Shown here: positions 41,796 to 55,493 of the stretch, piece after piece | How the letters are laid out: each line of letters starts with the position of its first letter | Position numbering within the stretch: the first letter of the stretch is position 1 | NCBI GenBank assembly: GCA_043228905.1 | Contig: JBHGNT010000010.1 | Span: 4,464,001 to 4,528,000 of the forward strand | Direction: 5' to 3' | DNA length: 64,000 nucleotides | Source: Azolla caroliniana | Lineage: Eukaryota; Plantae; Polypodiophyta | Notes under the pieces: generated by a model | What the model was told of the DNA's origin: nothing | What the model saw: the letters and a program-made list of their open reading frames with translations, nothing else | The model's database searches: none | Translations under genes and position numbers: made by a program

Positions 41796-42009
41796 ACAGT
41801 ATAACCATAGTACGTAATATACTCGAATGCATTGGCAAACATTCTTAGTGCGAATGAAACGAATGCGTATGTTATCAAAACATTTACCTTACATCAAATA
41901 ATGAATATAAAAGTATTTATGGTATTTACCATACTTCGAGGGTGTTTATCATACTCGAATGATCAAAACATTCTCGTATGCACGTATTGTACGTATGGTT
42001 CATACTATG
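41796..42009. mobile_element. MITE, copy 1 of a family with terminus CATAGTATGAACCATACG
   Basis: Aligns with 54330-54608 (CGTAATATACTCGAATGC...TACGTATGGTTCATACTAT). The terminal motif recurs at 58211. Confidence 0.65.
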
Positions 42010-44640
42010 TGCAGTAGTATATGTATGTGTATAATGTGTATTGTATATGTATATGTATTAGAAACAAGTTCATACATATGTATAACAGTATATGTATATG
42101 TATATGTATAACAGTGTGTGTATGTGTATAATGTGTATTGTATATGTATATGCATTAGAAACAAGTTTTAGTCTCACATCATCTCACTTAGAATTCCGAG
42201 TCAATTTCTTTTCTACCCTCTCTTGGTAAAACACTAGTCGGATACTTAATCACTCAACATCCTTCACCAAAGATCGTGGTTGGAGGTATGGAAATTTACA
42301 ACAAGAGATTGATAATCACATAAGTTATTCACTAACTCTACCTGATCGGCTTATGTCCGATCAGCTCTCTGTAATTCACTATACATCAACTAACTGGGTC
42401 AACTACAAGTAATCAGCTCTACACTATGTATTTTACTTACGAACTCAAAACTCTAAATAAAATAACACAGATACAACAAACACAGTATACTCCAAAGATA
42501 TTTCTACATTAAAACTAATCACACCTTGTACAATACACATGCCCCCTTGATATAGGAAAGCATAAAATCAACTATCTTGCCAAGAAGTTACATTGTTGTT
42601 CGGTACCTGTTCCTAACTAACATTTATAACTTCCTACTATTTTACATTTTCTACTTCATACATTTTTTTGGTAATAATATTTTCAGCTATTCGGCTTCAG
42701 CTTTGGTCAGCTTTCACACTTACTCCGGTTCCACACTTGTTTCAGCCTTTTGGCCACCAAAACTTCCTTTTATACTTCTTTCAGCCTTTTGGCCCTTTCA
42801 CACTCTAACTTGACCTCTATAGGTAACAACTTCCGGAACTTCTCTTATGAATGAGTGTTCCACTATGCCTAGTAAGTACCGAACATGTGAAGTGTGCTAG
42901 TGTAAGTAGACCTACTAGAAATTGCAAGTATCTGAGTGAATATTTTGATTGAGAATTGGAGGTTTGGATGTTGTCATGAGACTCCTCATTGGTGAGGTAA
43001 AGAAACATTATTAGTAAACATAAAAAATATTCCATGAAACACGTGCATGAGTTTGCAATGAGGTTTTTCTAAAGCTTATTTCCCATGAAGGGTTAGTATC
43101 TTGAGTTCAATTTCCCCCTTCCTTTCCTTCCTCGTCCCAGTGGCAGTTATTAGATACTTTGGACATAAAGACACTAGGTACATATATCTTAGAGCTAAAT
43201 TTGCATACAAAGTGTAAGCTACAAAATGTTAATCATAACCTTTCTAATATTCACCAACATGTAAGAATTGAATTTTTCCAGGGATAGGGGGGACGATGAA
43301 TGTGGACACACCTACACCACTCGGCCTCTCCCTTGTTGGAGCAAAAAACCATAGAGCACCCAAACGCCCACAAATATTGAGCTTTGAAGTCACTCATTTT
43401 TGTGTAGAATCAATTAAGAAGATAAGAAAACAGGAGTTACCCTGCCTAGAAGCTATGATGGGGATGCCATTTACATCAAGACCATGGGCCACACACCCAC
43501 CGTTCCTCTTCAAGAGAAACTTGGATGGAAATGAAACTAGTCTTAGCGCATATCATTTTCCTTTATAGAACATGCTTCACCCCATAACATTTTGGTACCC
43601 CACTAAAACTCTTTTATTTATGTTTTATTTTCGATGATTGGGTACACATCCCATAATTGTAATCAATTGTTTCATGGGCCCATTTTGGTCTTAGAATACA
43701 TTAATATATATTTATTTCGTCTTTCTCTTTTTCTAAGTGAAAACAAACAATTATATTAATAAATGTGTGTGAAAACACTACTTACAATGGGTGTCACGAT
43801 GGATGGAGTATGGTCAATGACTAACTACACGAGCAAGACAACATGTTGAATTGCCAATAGGCAAGACGACCACTCCACTGAGGAAAGAATTTTAACTTGC
43901 TCCAATAAAGAAAATTGTTAAAATTGATATTCCCTTCAACTTTCGTAGATAAGCTTTGACACCATGCATACCATCATAATACAAAAGCATTGTGCAGATC
44001 TCAATTATGGTGCCATCCCCAATACCTCGGATAATAGGAAAATGATCTCCATTTCTAATTTTGGGTCAACTCGTGTGAATTGTGCAAACACCTACTCTCT
44101 TGGTGTCAAATAACATTAGACAAAACTTGCTCTCTCTCCCTCTCATACACACACACACACACAATCACAATGTGCACTCTTGATTGCAACATTCATTGGT
44201 AAAGTTATTGAACATCGAGAATCACTACTCACTTTCACATGTATCATGTGAAATGTAATATTTTTGGTCTCATACGTCATATTTGACCTCCCAAGACAAT
44301 AATAGAATCTATCTTTAGATCGGCCATGATGTGAGTACAAGGGGATCTATTGGTATATTCTTTTATCCAACACAACTTTTGTATTTCTTATGATATTATA
44401 ATACCAAGACGTATCTATTTGTGAAAAAAGAAAAAAGAAAGAGGTATGAGACACAAAACCATGGTTTTGTAAAGGCAAGAGTTTTTGATGTCATATTGAG
44501 ATGCTATATATGCTTTGTGTTGTGTATGCATGTGGGTGGATTGGTTTTATCATGTTCCTAGTCTTGGTGCCAAAAATAACGATGGAAGGTAACTTGTTAG
44601 CATCATAGAGGGGAACCAGGTGTGCTGTGTTCAGCAGGTA

Positions 44641-45060
44641 GAAAAACGTACCCACGGCAAGTGGATGCTAGGATTGAAAGGAGGCCGAAAAGTCGAGCAA
44701 AAGAACATAGCCATGACAAAGTGGCTGCCAGGACCGAAAGGAGGCCGAGAAGTCGAGCAGAAAAACATACCCACGACAAAGTGGCTGCCAGGACCGAAAG
44801 GAGGCCGAGAAGTCGAGCAGAAAAACGTACCCACGACAAAGTGGATGCCAGGACCGAAAGGAGGCCGAGAAGTCGAGCAGAAAAACGTACCCACGACAAA
44901 GTGGATGCCAGGACCGAAAGGAGGCCGAGAAGTCGAGCAGAAAAACACACCCATGACAAAGTGGATGCCAAGACTGAAAGGAGGCTGAAAAGTCGAGCAG
45001 AAAAACACACCCACGACAAAGTGGATGCCAAGACTGAAAGGAGGCTGAAAAGTCGAGCAG
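44641..45060. repeat. GC-rich 60-bp minisatellite, 7 copies
   Basis: Consensus GAAAAACGTACCCACGACAAAGTGGATGCCAGGACCGAAAGGAGGCCGAGAAGTCGAGCA; units at 44641, 44700, 44760, 44820, 44880, 44940 and 45000. Confidence 0.97.
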
Positions 45061-45483
45061 GGTAATGTATGAAAGAGAGAGTCCGTGACAACTACGCTTT
45101 TTTTTTTATTATAAAGAAGAGGGGGTCTTTTCTTTTATCCATGAAAAGAATCAAATAAGTTTATATACATATATGATATATCATGTATTATGTACATAGA
45201 AGAAAGAAAGGAGTTGAAAAACAGAGTATCCATTGTTGGAGGGTGGGGCATGTGGCCACGTTCATAATTCATTCATACATATTGATATCAATCTCACACA
45301 CACATCTCTGTTTTGTGGGTGTTTCTCTCTCTCTCTCTCTCTCCACACACACAGGACAATGCACAAAGAAACAGAGCAACACACAAAAAAAGAAGAAGAG
45401 GGGGGAAGAGTGATGATTATGATGATGATATAGTGGAGAGGATTTAGGTATTATATACATTTGCTGCTCTATATGTGATCAAT

Positions 45484-48400
45484 ATGCCTTCAACCATGGT
45501 GCTATGTCGGGGTGGAGCTAACCTCGCCTGCTGCAGCCATGGTGATAAGCAACCACACCCTGTCCCTCTGGTCCACACCTCCAACATCAAGCTTAGGATC
45601 AATCCATTCAGGACTACACTCGCACTACGACCACGACGGACTCCCCTGCATCTTGTTCTTCGCACCCCCGACCATCTCTTCACGAAATGTAACCGGCTAT
45701 GGTAAACATCTGTCTATGCACTTGTAAATACTCCCCTTCCCCTTTACATGAGAATTCAGAGGAGAGAGACAGCAAGGTGTATAAACATCTCTAAAGATGG
45801 AATTATGGCGAATGAGACTGAAAACAGAATATGCATCATTTGCTTCTTGTTACTTGTTCAAGAAATGAAAATTAACACGCGAAATCGAGATAAAAAATAG
45901 AATTAGTCATGTTGACCCATCCCAAATCTCCTTGAGATGCCGCAGCTTGATTGTATTATTGTGGTTGAGGAGTTTCGATTGAAGTCCATGATGCTCCTCA
46001 ATTTATTGCTCTCAATTGTTTGTGGACAGGGTACCCTATTCTTTCCCCAGGGTGTCTGGGGCATCTCCTAGTGTCGATTGGCTCCGCTCACTCCAAGAGA
46101 ATCCCCTTAGATGCTCGCATTTGCCTCTTGTATAGGTATGTGGGCATGGCAAGTTAAGGTCAATGGACCTGTATTCTTCCCATTGGCGTGGATTGTCTGG
46201 GGCATCTCCTAGTGCCGATTGCCTCCGCTCACTCCAAGAGAATCCCTTTAGATAATCACATTTTCCTCTTGTATAGGTATGTGGGCATGGCAAGTTAAGG
46301 TCAATGGACCTGTATTCTTCCCATGGGCGTGGAATTGCCCTATCTTTAAATATGGCATCTAGTAATGTGGAGCATAACATATGGCCTAGCGAAAAATATA
46401 GACAAACTGGTATTGTGGCATGTGGATATGGAAGAGTAGGATGCCCTTTTATAATTGTATTTCATACAACTTCTTTGCATAAATGTTAAACCTCTGGCGA
46501 AGCAATTCCTGTGGCAGGTTGTTTGTCATGAAGCATCTTCCTATCCGTCTTCCTACATTCATTCAAGATGATATGATAAATGCCTGCTTCCACATTGGTA
46601 AAGAATGCTACCATTTTTCTCTGCAAAAGATTGAACTTTCTTGTTTATGAGTACACACATCATTGTAATTTCATGTTGTAGGTGTTTTCATATTTCTCTA
46701 CATTCAACATTGTACCAACTATTATTTGGGGTCCTACAATGTATAGATGGTGATTATAGCTGATACTCCTGTGAGGAAAGCCATAGCTGACTGATATGAA
46801 AGAACTTTCATGGTTACTTCAAGTTGGAAAGAGAGATCCATTATGAATTAATCAGCATTCATGGTTGAACTATATAGCTGAGCTATCTCTGATATAAAGT
46901 GGTATTTAGGATCTCTTGCCATGTACATAATATCCATTTTTTTAGGCCCCCCACCTTTCACAATGAATTTCAAATATGCAGGGTCAGCATCCATATCAAT
47001 TTGTAATTTTTCTCCCAGAGATTACATATTCTTTGACATATGCTATTAGTGATGGGAATCCCATCAAGCAGTGTACCATGCTTCCTCCACCTTTGCGATT
47101 CCAGCATGTCAATTCATCTGGATCTGCATATCACGAGAGGCTATTGGAAATTATTCATCTCTTGTTACCTATGGCCGTGTAGAAACCTTTGGGATTCCAG
47201 CATGTTAAGGCATGTGAAATAAAATTTAAGGTGGCATAAAAGGAAACAAAGTATAGAACTTAACTGATACGCAAATTCAAATAGACAGGTTCAAGACATG
47301 GCCAAAGACTTATCAGTGAGCTACTTTAGCATACAAAAATGTAGACTACTTACTGAGATAGACCAAATCAAGCACTTGTTTAGAATGTGGTTTTTCTGTT
47401 GAATGAAAAGGTTAAGCCCTAAGATAATTATCAGTGATTGATTAACCTGTGTGTTTAAGCGTTAGAATGAGAAGGTAAGTCCTAAGATATCTTTCAGTGA
47501 TTGGCTTATCTTTGTTCTTCTCTTTCCTCACGAAAAAGATGGGATAATATTTACTGTCCAAATCACTTGTTTATAAATTGCACTTGTTTTTTATAGCAAT
47601 TTTGCTGTTTCTGATTAAAATTGAATAGATCATTTACACCTTGTTAATATTTCATGCGTGTTATTGAATATAGAATAGGAACTTCCATTTCAATTAGCAA
47701 GTCCACAACTTTTGACCATATTGAGAAGCAAAATCTAGATGGGGGAGAATACTATATTTGAACTACTATAAAAATATCCATGTATATGCAGGGGTACGCA
47801 AGCTTATCCTTTTCTGAGATTAAAGCAGTCCAAAGTATTAGCTCAAGGAGCATCATTTGACAACCTAGCATCTGCGGAAACATTCCTTTCAGAGGACCTC
47901 CAAAAAGCTCCAAAAGAAACTGGTCATATAGCTGAAAAGAATTGGCTGTTGAAATTATTAACTGTGGTTGTATCAATGGCTGCACTTTATACAGTTGTAT
48001 CAATTATAAAACTTCAAGGAGTCAATACAGTGGTTAAAGAAGGAGGGGTTCATTACCAGCTCAGGTTATTTGGCAAAGTTTTTCAGATACAAGAAGCTTT
48101 TCCAGGGTAAGCTAGGATGTTATGAGCAACTCTATGATTTCAATATCTTGTTTTTAATTGCAATTTGATATTCAGATCATAGTTCTTTAAAAACGTGTAT
48201 TCTATGTTTAGAATAGGTTTTGGAATACTCTGAAGTATTCTACATGTATTCAACGTTTTAGAACTGCCATTTTTCAAATTTTCATGTATTCCAAAAATTT
48301 GACATACTTTACAAATTCTACGTATTTAACATTTCAAAAAAGTTCAAAAAATTTTAAATTTAAAAAAGAAAAAATTAATTTCAGAAGTATTTAACGTATT

Positions 48401-51337
48401 TTACAAGTATTCTACACATATTCCAAGTATCTAATGTATTTTACGTATTTTATCTATAAAATACGCATTCTAAATATTTTTAAAAAAAAGTTAGAATACT
48501 TAACATATGTATTCTATGCGTATTATATGCTAAGTATTCTACAACAATGATTCAAATCTAAAAAACCAGCTTACTGGCTATAGCAGGAGCGTTTTTTGTT
48601 ATGCAAATTTCTTAGAGAACTTATTGTGTAGTTTTTACTCTAACACTTCTTGTCCTTTGAAATTTAGACTTTGAAGCTCTCTTTGAAATTAGAATGCTAA
48701 GCCATCCACTCTCTTTCTATTTCAATAATGAAACTTTACTAAACATTTATTGATTGACATGCAATTATTTAAAAATAACATTTTCAGATGGGGTTACTTT
48801 TGGCTTCTCATGGCAGCAGGATTCGGGCTTTTTGTGAGTGAAGAAGCTATGAATGTTTGGGTCAGTCTCATTACCTTGGAATATTGTTTTAATCTTGAAG
48901 TTACTAAGAAACAATGTGCATTAACAATTAGATATAGATTGTAGTCAGTCATACATATTTGAAAGTAATAATGCCTTATGACATGCCTCTGTAAGAGGGT
49001 CGTTTACGATATATGATTTATGTGATTTAACATCAGGTCATAACGTAGCTTCTTGATAATCTCACGAGATGTGATTTATGATCTCTATTCACCATCATGC
49101 CATGCATGATGCTAGGTTGTTTTTGCTGTCCATCTCGGTCTTGTGACATTGATCAGCCATAAAGCAGCTTGCAAAATGCAGTAATCTGCAGGGTCAGTCA
49201 CAATTGTTCAGACCTACCCATGGTTAGAAGATAAACAAAGTGTAACCAGGAATATCTTTAAATTGGTTGCAACAGAGATACTAGTTAATTCCTAAACTTA
49301 ATGCTAGTGATAAGGAATGTGAAAATTTATAATGAACAGCAATACAAATGAGAATTACATAAAGAGGCAAGAGGTCAATATATAAAAGTCTAAAACATGT
49401 CTATATTGCGAACAGCATAGCTGACTCTCTATCTGTAATTTTTGAAATGTCTTATATACACATGCTTGCTTAGACTTCATTTTGTAAATATGTGACAATG
49501 TGTCGTATCTTCTGATAGTAAGGAGAAAAATAAACGAGATTTTTATAGGATTGACACGTTTGATGCTCCAAATATTAATGACAATTTGTGAGTATAGCTG
49601 TGAGTTTTTCTCCTACAGTATCGATGATTGCAACTGAAGTTGTTGACTTTTGGGATATTGAACAAGATGGGCGGAATAACAAATCAGGAAGTCCTCTTAA
49701 TTATGTATTGCTAAATAGAATAAAACAAGTGCTCCTCATAAGGAACCTCAATATGATTGCATATTGCTTCCAGTCCCAATCGGAGCATTAGGTTACCAGA
49801 ATTCAAACTTGAATGTATTTGTGGTTATTCATGTATTTTGATGGCTGTCTTAACACTCAACAGGAAAATATATCGTGTTATCATCAAGGAAGTAGGGTAT
49901 CCATATTTCCATGCCTGTTAAATCAACTTTCACCCAGAACTCTGGCGAATATGCCTTTATCTACAGAACCAAACTCTATTTTTTATTGTCTTTTAGGTTG
50001 GAGCTACTATTGCACGAACATTGACTTTTAATGGCACATGGACTGATTTCTTCAGCTCAATTGCTGTGAACTCTGGCAATATTTCGTCCACCCTTTTCTG
50101 GGTCTACTGGTTAGATGTACATTCTTATCCCCACCATTTTGTAATAATATTTATATTCATCTCATGCTTGTTTGATATTGGCTTATTTCAGGGGAGTGTG
50201 CATTAGTGATATGATACCATTCTATGCAGGTCGTTTTGCTGTCCGGACCAAAGCAGGTGCTGCATTGAGAAAAATGGTAAAGCATATACAGAAAATTAAT
50301 TAAAACTAATGAGAAGCTAATAGAACATCTATGTATGTGATGGAGCACTAATGCCATTTATGATTCAGTGAATAGCAAAGACTGTTCAGCATGTTGCTCA
50401 TAGTTTCTTATCCAAAGAAAAGCTTAATTACCTTAATTAAAAACTCTGCAAATCTGTTGGCAGAACGTCCTACATTTGACATGCCTAATTTTCGAATGAT
50501 AATTATTAAATGTAAAGCTTAGGAAAAAGCTGAACTTTTTTACTATTACCATAGGTGGGAGTGGGTGATAAAAGATTAACAAGCATCATACAAACTGTGC
50601 AGCGATATGGAAGCCTTACTGGGTTTGGTCAGTCTTTGCCCTATTTTATATGCATGGATTTTTTCATCATGTTATGTGCAATGGTAATGTGAGAAAAAAC
50701 CCTAATTGACAAGGTGATGAATGTCAGTGGAGCGATTCTCTCTCGGTGTTAGGAACCCAACTTCATTTCTTGCTGGGGCTCTTGTAAGATTCGCACCAAA
50801 TATTTTCCTTAGCTCGTTGAAACCTTATTTTTGCATCTACTCAGTTTTCCTACTTTCATGACTAATACAGGGGGTTCCTCCAGAACAGTTTTTTACTGGT
50901 GTATGTTTCGGTGCTCTAATTACATTACCACTTCAGGTAAGTAGATATGTCAGTTTCCTTTAATAGGATTATTTGTTTATTTTGACATTATACCATACAA
51001 GGGAGTAAAAGTAGTTTGAAGTAAAACGTGGTGCAGATTGAAACTTATTCAACAACTTGTAATTTACAGGTGGGATTGGGGTTTCTATTTCGTGAACGTC
51101 CTATCGCAGCTTTGGCTGGAGTTGCAGCCATTGTGGTATAACTCTCATTGATACATAAAAAATGCACAAATCATCATTTACTAGCTTTGATAATGAATAT
51201 AGGGTTTAATACTACTTCTTTTATAGGGCATCTGGAGTGTAGTTCCTTATGCATCAGCAGGAATAGCATCCATTATTTTTATCATTCGCAAAAAAATGAG
51301 TCATGTACACTCAGCTGAGACAATATCAGAAAATTAG
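45484..51337 (+). CDS. DedA/VTT (SNARE-associated Golgi protein-like) membrane protein with a probable plastid transit peptide
   Basis: Exons about 45484-45701, 47792-48106, 48788-48860, 49997-50109, 50192-50276, 50555-50627, 50728-50783, 50871-50936, 51070-51135, 51227-51337 (TAG). They join in frame: PGWGYFWLLMAAGFGLFVSEEAMNVW, WVYWGVCISDMIPFYAGR, VERFSLGVRNPTSFLAGALG, LITLPLQVGLGFLFRERP. Start codon (45484 or 45496) is uncertain. Confidence 0.85.
46053..46334. repeat. Tandem duplication, 2 x 141 bp, in intron 1 of the DedA gene
   Basis: TGTCTGGGGCATCTCCTAGTG at 46053 and 46194. Confidence 0.88.
48178..48549. mobile_element. hAT-type MITE in intron 2 of the DedA gene
   Basis: Short TIRs CATAGTT / AACAATG; 8-bp TSD ATTCAGAT (48170-48177) / ATTCAAAT (48550-48557); internal GTATTC repeats. 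Confidence 0.7.
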
Positions 51338-53076
51338 GTGGAGGCATCCATCAATCTTCATCATCCACAAGAAAATGATTTATGATCTACAAACCAATGA
51401 CAGTACCAGAAAGTTCGCCAAAACATGGAACAATTCAGATCAACAGCATGCAGAGTCAGGGAAAATGAATCTTCATGTCCACACCGACAGAAGAGTTTTG
51501 CTGAATTCTTTTGTTATTTCCTGATAGAAATTTCTATCGTCAATCTGCTGTAACATTATGATAAATGCATGAAATTGATGACTATAGTGGGGACCATTTA
51601 TGCTTTTATGGAGTAATTCATTGATTGTTGTTGTGCCATGTGTAACAATTCTTGGTACTACAAGCATATACAGAACCATAAATCACATCTTTTACCCAGA
51701 ATCATGTAGTTGTTTGGCTTTAGAAAGAACTACCGGATTCACAGAGTACCTGGAAAAAGTTAAGAAACTACTCTTTCAAAGGAATATTAAAAAAACATTC
51801 AATCAGAACACATTATTACTCTACATTGCCGTCCACAGTGTAATTCTGGTAAAAGATGTGAACCAAAAATCTAATATTCTTGGTTCACATCTTTTACCAG
51901 AATCATGTAGTTGTTTGTCTATGAAGAGAACTATCAGATCACAGAGTAGTAGAGTAAGGAAATTATTCTTTTACAGGAATATAAAAAAAAAACATTTAAT
52001 AAGAACACCACTGTACATTACCAAGTAACAACAACTGTTCATGTATAATTCTTTCTTGAGGTGACAACGAGCATGCTAAATATTATCGCTACGACCCATG
52101 CCAACTGCTTGATCCATATGCACATTTACTTAATCAACTTTCACAATCATGAAGGAAAGTGCACCAGATGTCATATAGCATCAGCATTATTGAAAAACCT
52201 TTTGCCCCCATATTTATGGATGTCTATACAAATGTAAGAGTAAACATAATATGTGATGAGAAAATCAGGTCACCCACATCCATATACTACACCATCTAGA
52301 ACTGTATTTTATCCAAAGTCAAGCAACTACGTATTATAATTGTCTTCATAGAAGTTATTCATTAGGATATCCTAATTGAAGGATAGGCGAATCTTGTTAC
52401 TTGTGAAGAACTTTACAAGGTAATGAAGACTTATTAATAGTGATTTCTTCAGAATTTATCCGTCCTCATTGTTCATCTGGTGAAAATCTTGCTGCTTTAA
52501 GACCGGAAAATCCAGCAAACTTTGAAGCAAAACATAAATTAGGCCATTAATAATCTTACCATAAAAAATGGTGAACAAAGGTGTATGGAAGAGGTCTATG
52601 TAATAATCCCACTTTTATCGATCATCAGTCTAAAACTGATGTTTTAAGAAAGAAGCAATCGAGCAAACAAGAAGGACGAAAAAAAGAATTGGATTTAGAT
52701 GAAGTGATGGATGAGATGCTCGTAAAACTCTCTCCTGTCCTTCGAGATTTGCATAATTTCGTGATGGAATCAATCATGGAGAAGAACAAATCTATCTATC
52801 CTGCTCGAAATGCTAGATTAACGACCGGTAGGGTTCGAGAAATTTGATGAGAAATCAAGTGTGAGTAATTTCTTTGGTCTCGTAGGTCAGTTGGGCCTTC
52901 AGAAGAAGCTGCTAATCTGTCTTGTCTCTGTCTCTGTCTCTGTCTCTGTCTCTGTCTCTGTCTAAGAAGAAGAAGAAGAAGAAGAATCAAAGAGAGGGGG
53001 AGATCAAAATGTATGTACGATGGATGCCACGTGTCGTTCCTCTCCGAGCCCAATGCCTTTGGTTGATGTTCTGGAT

Positions 53077-53164
53077 TAGGGTTTTCGCTTTTTAGAGTTT
53101 TTAGGGTTTTGGGTTGTTAGGGTTTTCTGGGTTTAGGGCTTAGGGCGGTTAGGGTTTAGGGTAC
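53077..53164. repeat. Degenerate telomere-like (TTTAGGG / telo-box) cluster
   Basis: Several TAGGGTTT and TTAGGG variants in 90 bp. Confidence 0.7.
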
Positions 53165-53712
53165 GTCGGCTTAACGGTTAAAACGGTTTGGTTTGGTTTC
53201 AATAGTTAGAAATCGTGGTTTAAACGGTTTAACGGTTATTTATTTATTAATTTTTTTTTTAAATTAAAAAAAATTGTTTTTAAACAATCTTTCCATTTTC
53301 ATGCCTTATTCCCATCGGCTTAACAGTTTGGTTTCAACCGTTAGAAACCGTGGTTTTATTTTTTTATTTTTTTATTTTTAAACAATCTTTTCAAACGGTT
53401 TAACGGTTTTATTTTTTTATCTTTTTATTTTTAAACAATCTTTTCATTTTTATGCCTTATTCTCATATTTTAGGAAACTCTTAAAAATTTTGAAAATTTA
53501 AATAATGAAATGTTTTAAAATTTTAAAATTTGACCTAAGCTGAAAACCGAAAACGAACAACGAAACCGCGGTTTTACTTGTTTAATGGCTTAACGTTTTG
53601 AAATTTTTTTAATGGTTCGGTTATACAGTTTTGTGGTTCGGTTCAGGTTTCTAAAAATTTAAACGGTTCGGTTTTGACCCTCTCGAACCGAACCAAACCA
53701 TTGTCGATTGTT
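53165..53712. mobile_element. Non-autonomous hAT-like element
   Basis: Dense AACGGTT/AACCG subterminal motifs; candidate 8-bp TSD TAGGGTAC (53157-53164) / AAGGGTAC (53713-53720). TIRs are unclear. Confidence 0.5.
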
Positions 53713-54085
53713 AAGGGTACACCGACATTACCAATCCCTTGATGCATGGAATCGAGTCGTTCAGTCTCCAAAGTTAAGGCATTAATCGTGATTCACTCCA
53801 TGCTCCCTCCCCCCCATGGGATGATGTAGAGGTAAAATTTCGACTTGGTAATTAGTATAGAAGTACCCTTAATCCACTTAGTTAATCGAGTTTAATTCAA
53901 AATGAATGAATAACTTATTATTAATTCGGACTTCCTCAATTCAATGAGCATGGTCAGGCATATCCATGAAAAGCTTTCCCTCGGAAAAAAGACTATAAAA
54001 TATATTTAGGAAATTGGTAAATTCACAGTTTTTTCCGTATTTTCACAGTTTTTTTGGGGGGATAGAATCTGGCTATCATTTGTAA

Positions 54086-54186
54086 TCTGATCTGACCCGA
54101 CCCGATTCGATCCAATCCATTATGATGTGATGCAATCCAATCCAATCTAATCCAATCCGATCCAAACTGATCCAATGCGATCCAAT
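54086..54186. repeat. Degenerate pentamer repeat (CCRAT)n
   Basis: CTGAT/CCGAC/CCAAT/CCGAT run; a similar run is at 54720-54735. Confidence 0.75.
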
Positions 54187-54329
54187 TGTCTGCCCATCCA
54201 CGTTCCTCTCTTTGGGTGGACGACCAACCCTCTCTCTATCTCTCTCTCTCTCTCACTCATATAGGCGTTAATATGTATGTATGTGGTATACATATATTTA
54301 TATTTTGTATATGTCTTTCATTCTCACAA

Positions 54330-54608
54330 TATCATAAACGTAATATACTCGAATGCTTTAGCAAACATGCTATTTTCATACGAATGAAAACGAATGCGTA
54401 TGTTTAAAAAACATTCTTATGTTTTTTTTTTCCCACTTACAATACGAATGCTTTACCTTAACTTTCTTACCTTATAATAAATAATGAATACAGAAGTATG
54501 GGTATTTTTACCATACGTTGAGGGTGTTTACCATCCTCGAAAGGATTGAAACATTCTCGAATGCGAAAAGACACGTACGATGCGTATGGTACGTATGGTT
54601 CATACTAT
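54330..54608. mobile_element. MITE, copy 2 (same family as 41796-42009), upstream of CFAP157
   Basis: Aligns by eye to 41796-42009; ends TACGTATGGTTCATACTAT. Confidence 0.65.
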
Positions 54609-55493
54609 TAACTTTCCATTCATCACTTCATTTTTCTTGTGTGAAGAGCTTTCTCTGTTTTCTGTTTGTTTTTTGGTTGGGCGATTGGAAAAGAAACGCG
54701 ACCTTTCGGCGGGTCCCGGTCCGATCCGATCCGATTCCATGCCATACCTCCAATTCCAATCGACTTCATCTTCTTCTCCGGGACCAAAGAATCCATCCAT
54801 CCATCCATCCATGGATTCTTCTTCTTCTGCTTCTGCTTCTGCTGCTGCTGGATGAACTCCTTGACATCTCGTCCATTGTTCCCCCCGCCATAATTCCTTC
54901 CCTTCTGCAGAAATCTGCCTATTTCAGGTACTCGTCTCCAAACGAAATTAGCTGAACCAATCCCTGAATCTTGTGAGTACATCAGGATTCCCCCACCCCA
55001 CCCCACCCCACCCCACTCCACTTGCTAAAGAAATCCCTATGTCTTTTGAGTAAATCAGGGTTCCGCCCGCCCTCAGGGGAGTGATTTAAGGCATTCCGGA
55101 GCAAAAATTAGAGCCTTTTTGTTTCCATTCATTCGCCAGAGGAATTTTCTTTCCTTGTGGATGCCCGATATGCTATTACATGTTTCTGCTTTCTCTGCAC
55201 ATTCTTTTGTATCTTCTAAGCTTTCCATGTCTCTAAGGGGAATCAAACAAGGCATGGATTGCAAATCACAATGTCAAGAACTGTGGGACCTTTAACTGAA
55301 CATGTCACAGTAGAATGCCTTCTCAGATAGATACTTTCAAGGAAAATCTCCTTGGAATTTTGTATGTTGGTATTGTTGTTGCGAAGATGTATCTTGAAGC
55401 TGGGAGAGAATTATGTAAAATGTCATTCTAAACTGAAAATGCTTAATATTTTGGAACCATTATCAATCAGGAGATCATTGGGATGAATGAGAA

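Noticed and set aside
42225-42815. Possible solo LTR upstream of the PPR gene
   Set aside because: The composition is LTR-like, but clean TG..CA termini and a TSD could not be established.
44641-45060. CRISPR array or tandem hammerhead ribozymes (CCGAAAGG...CCGAAA resembles stem II)
   Set aside because: There are no variable spacers, and the CUGANGA core is absent on both strands.
44603-45091. Four overlapping ORFs of 122-162 aa as real genes
   Set aside because: They arise because the 60-bp unit is a multiple of 3 and lacks stops; there is no independent coding evidence.
52062-52071. TGACAACGAG matching the start of miR535
   Set aside because: Only 10 nt match and no fold-back partner is visible.
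53077-53164. True telomere or chromosome-fusion scar
   Set aside because: It is short and degenerate, and better explained as telo-boxes or a TE edge.
54518-55021. Several ORFs of 70-145 aa upstream of CFAP157
   Set aside because: They cover a MITE, simple repeats and the 5' UTR, with no protein motifs.
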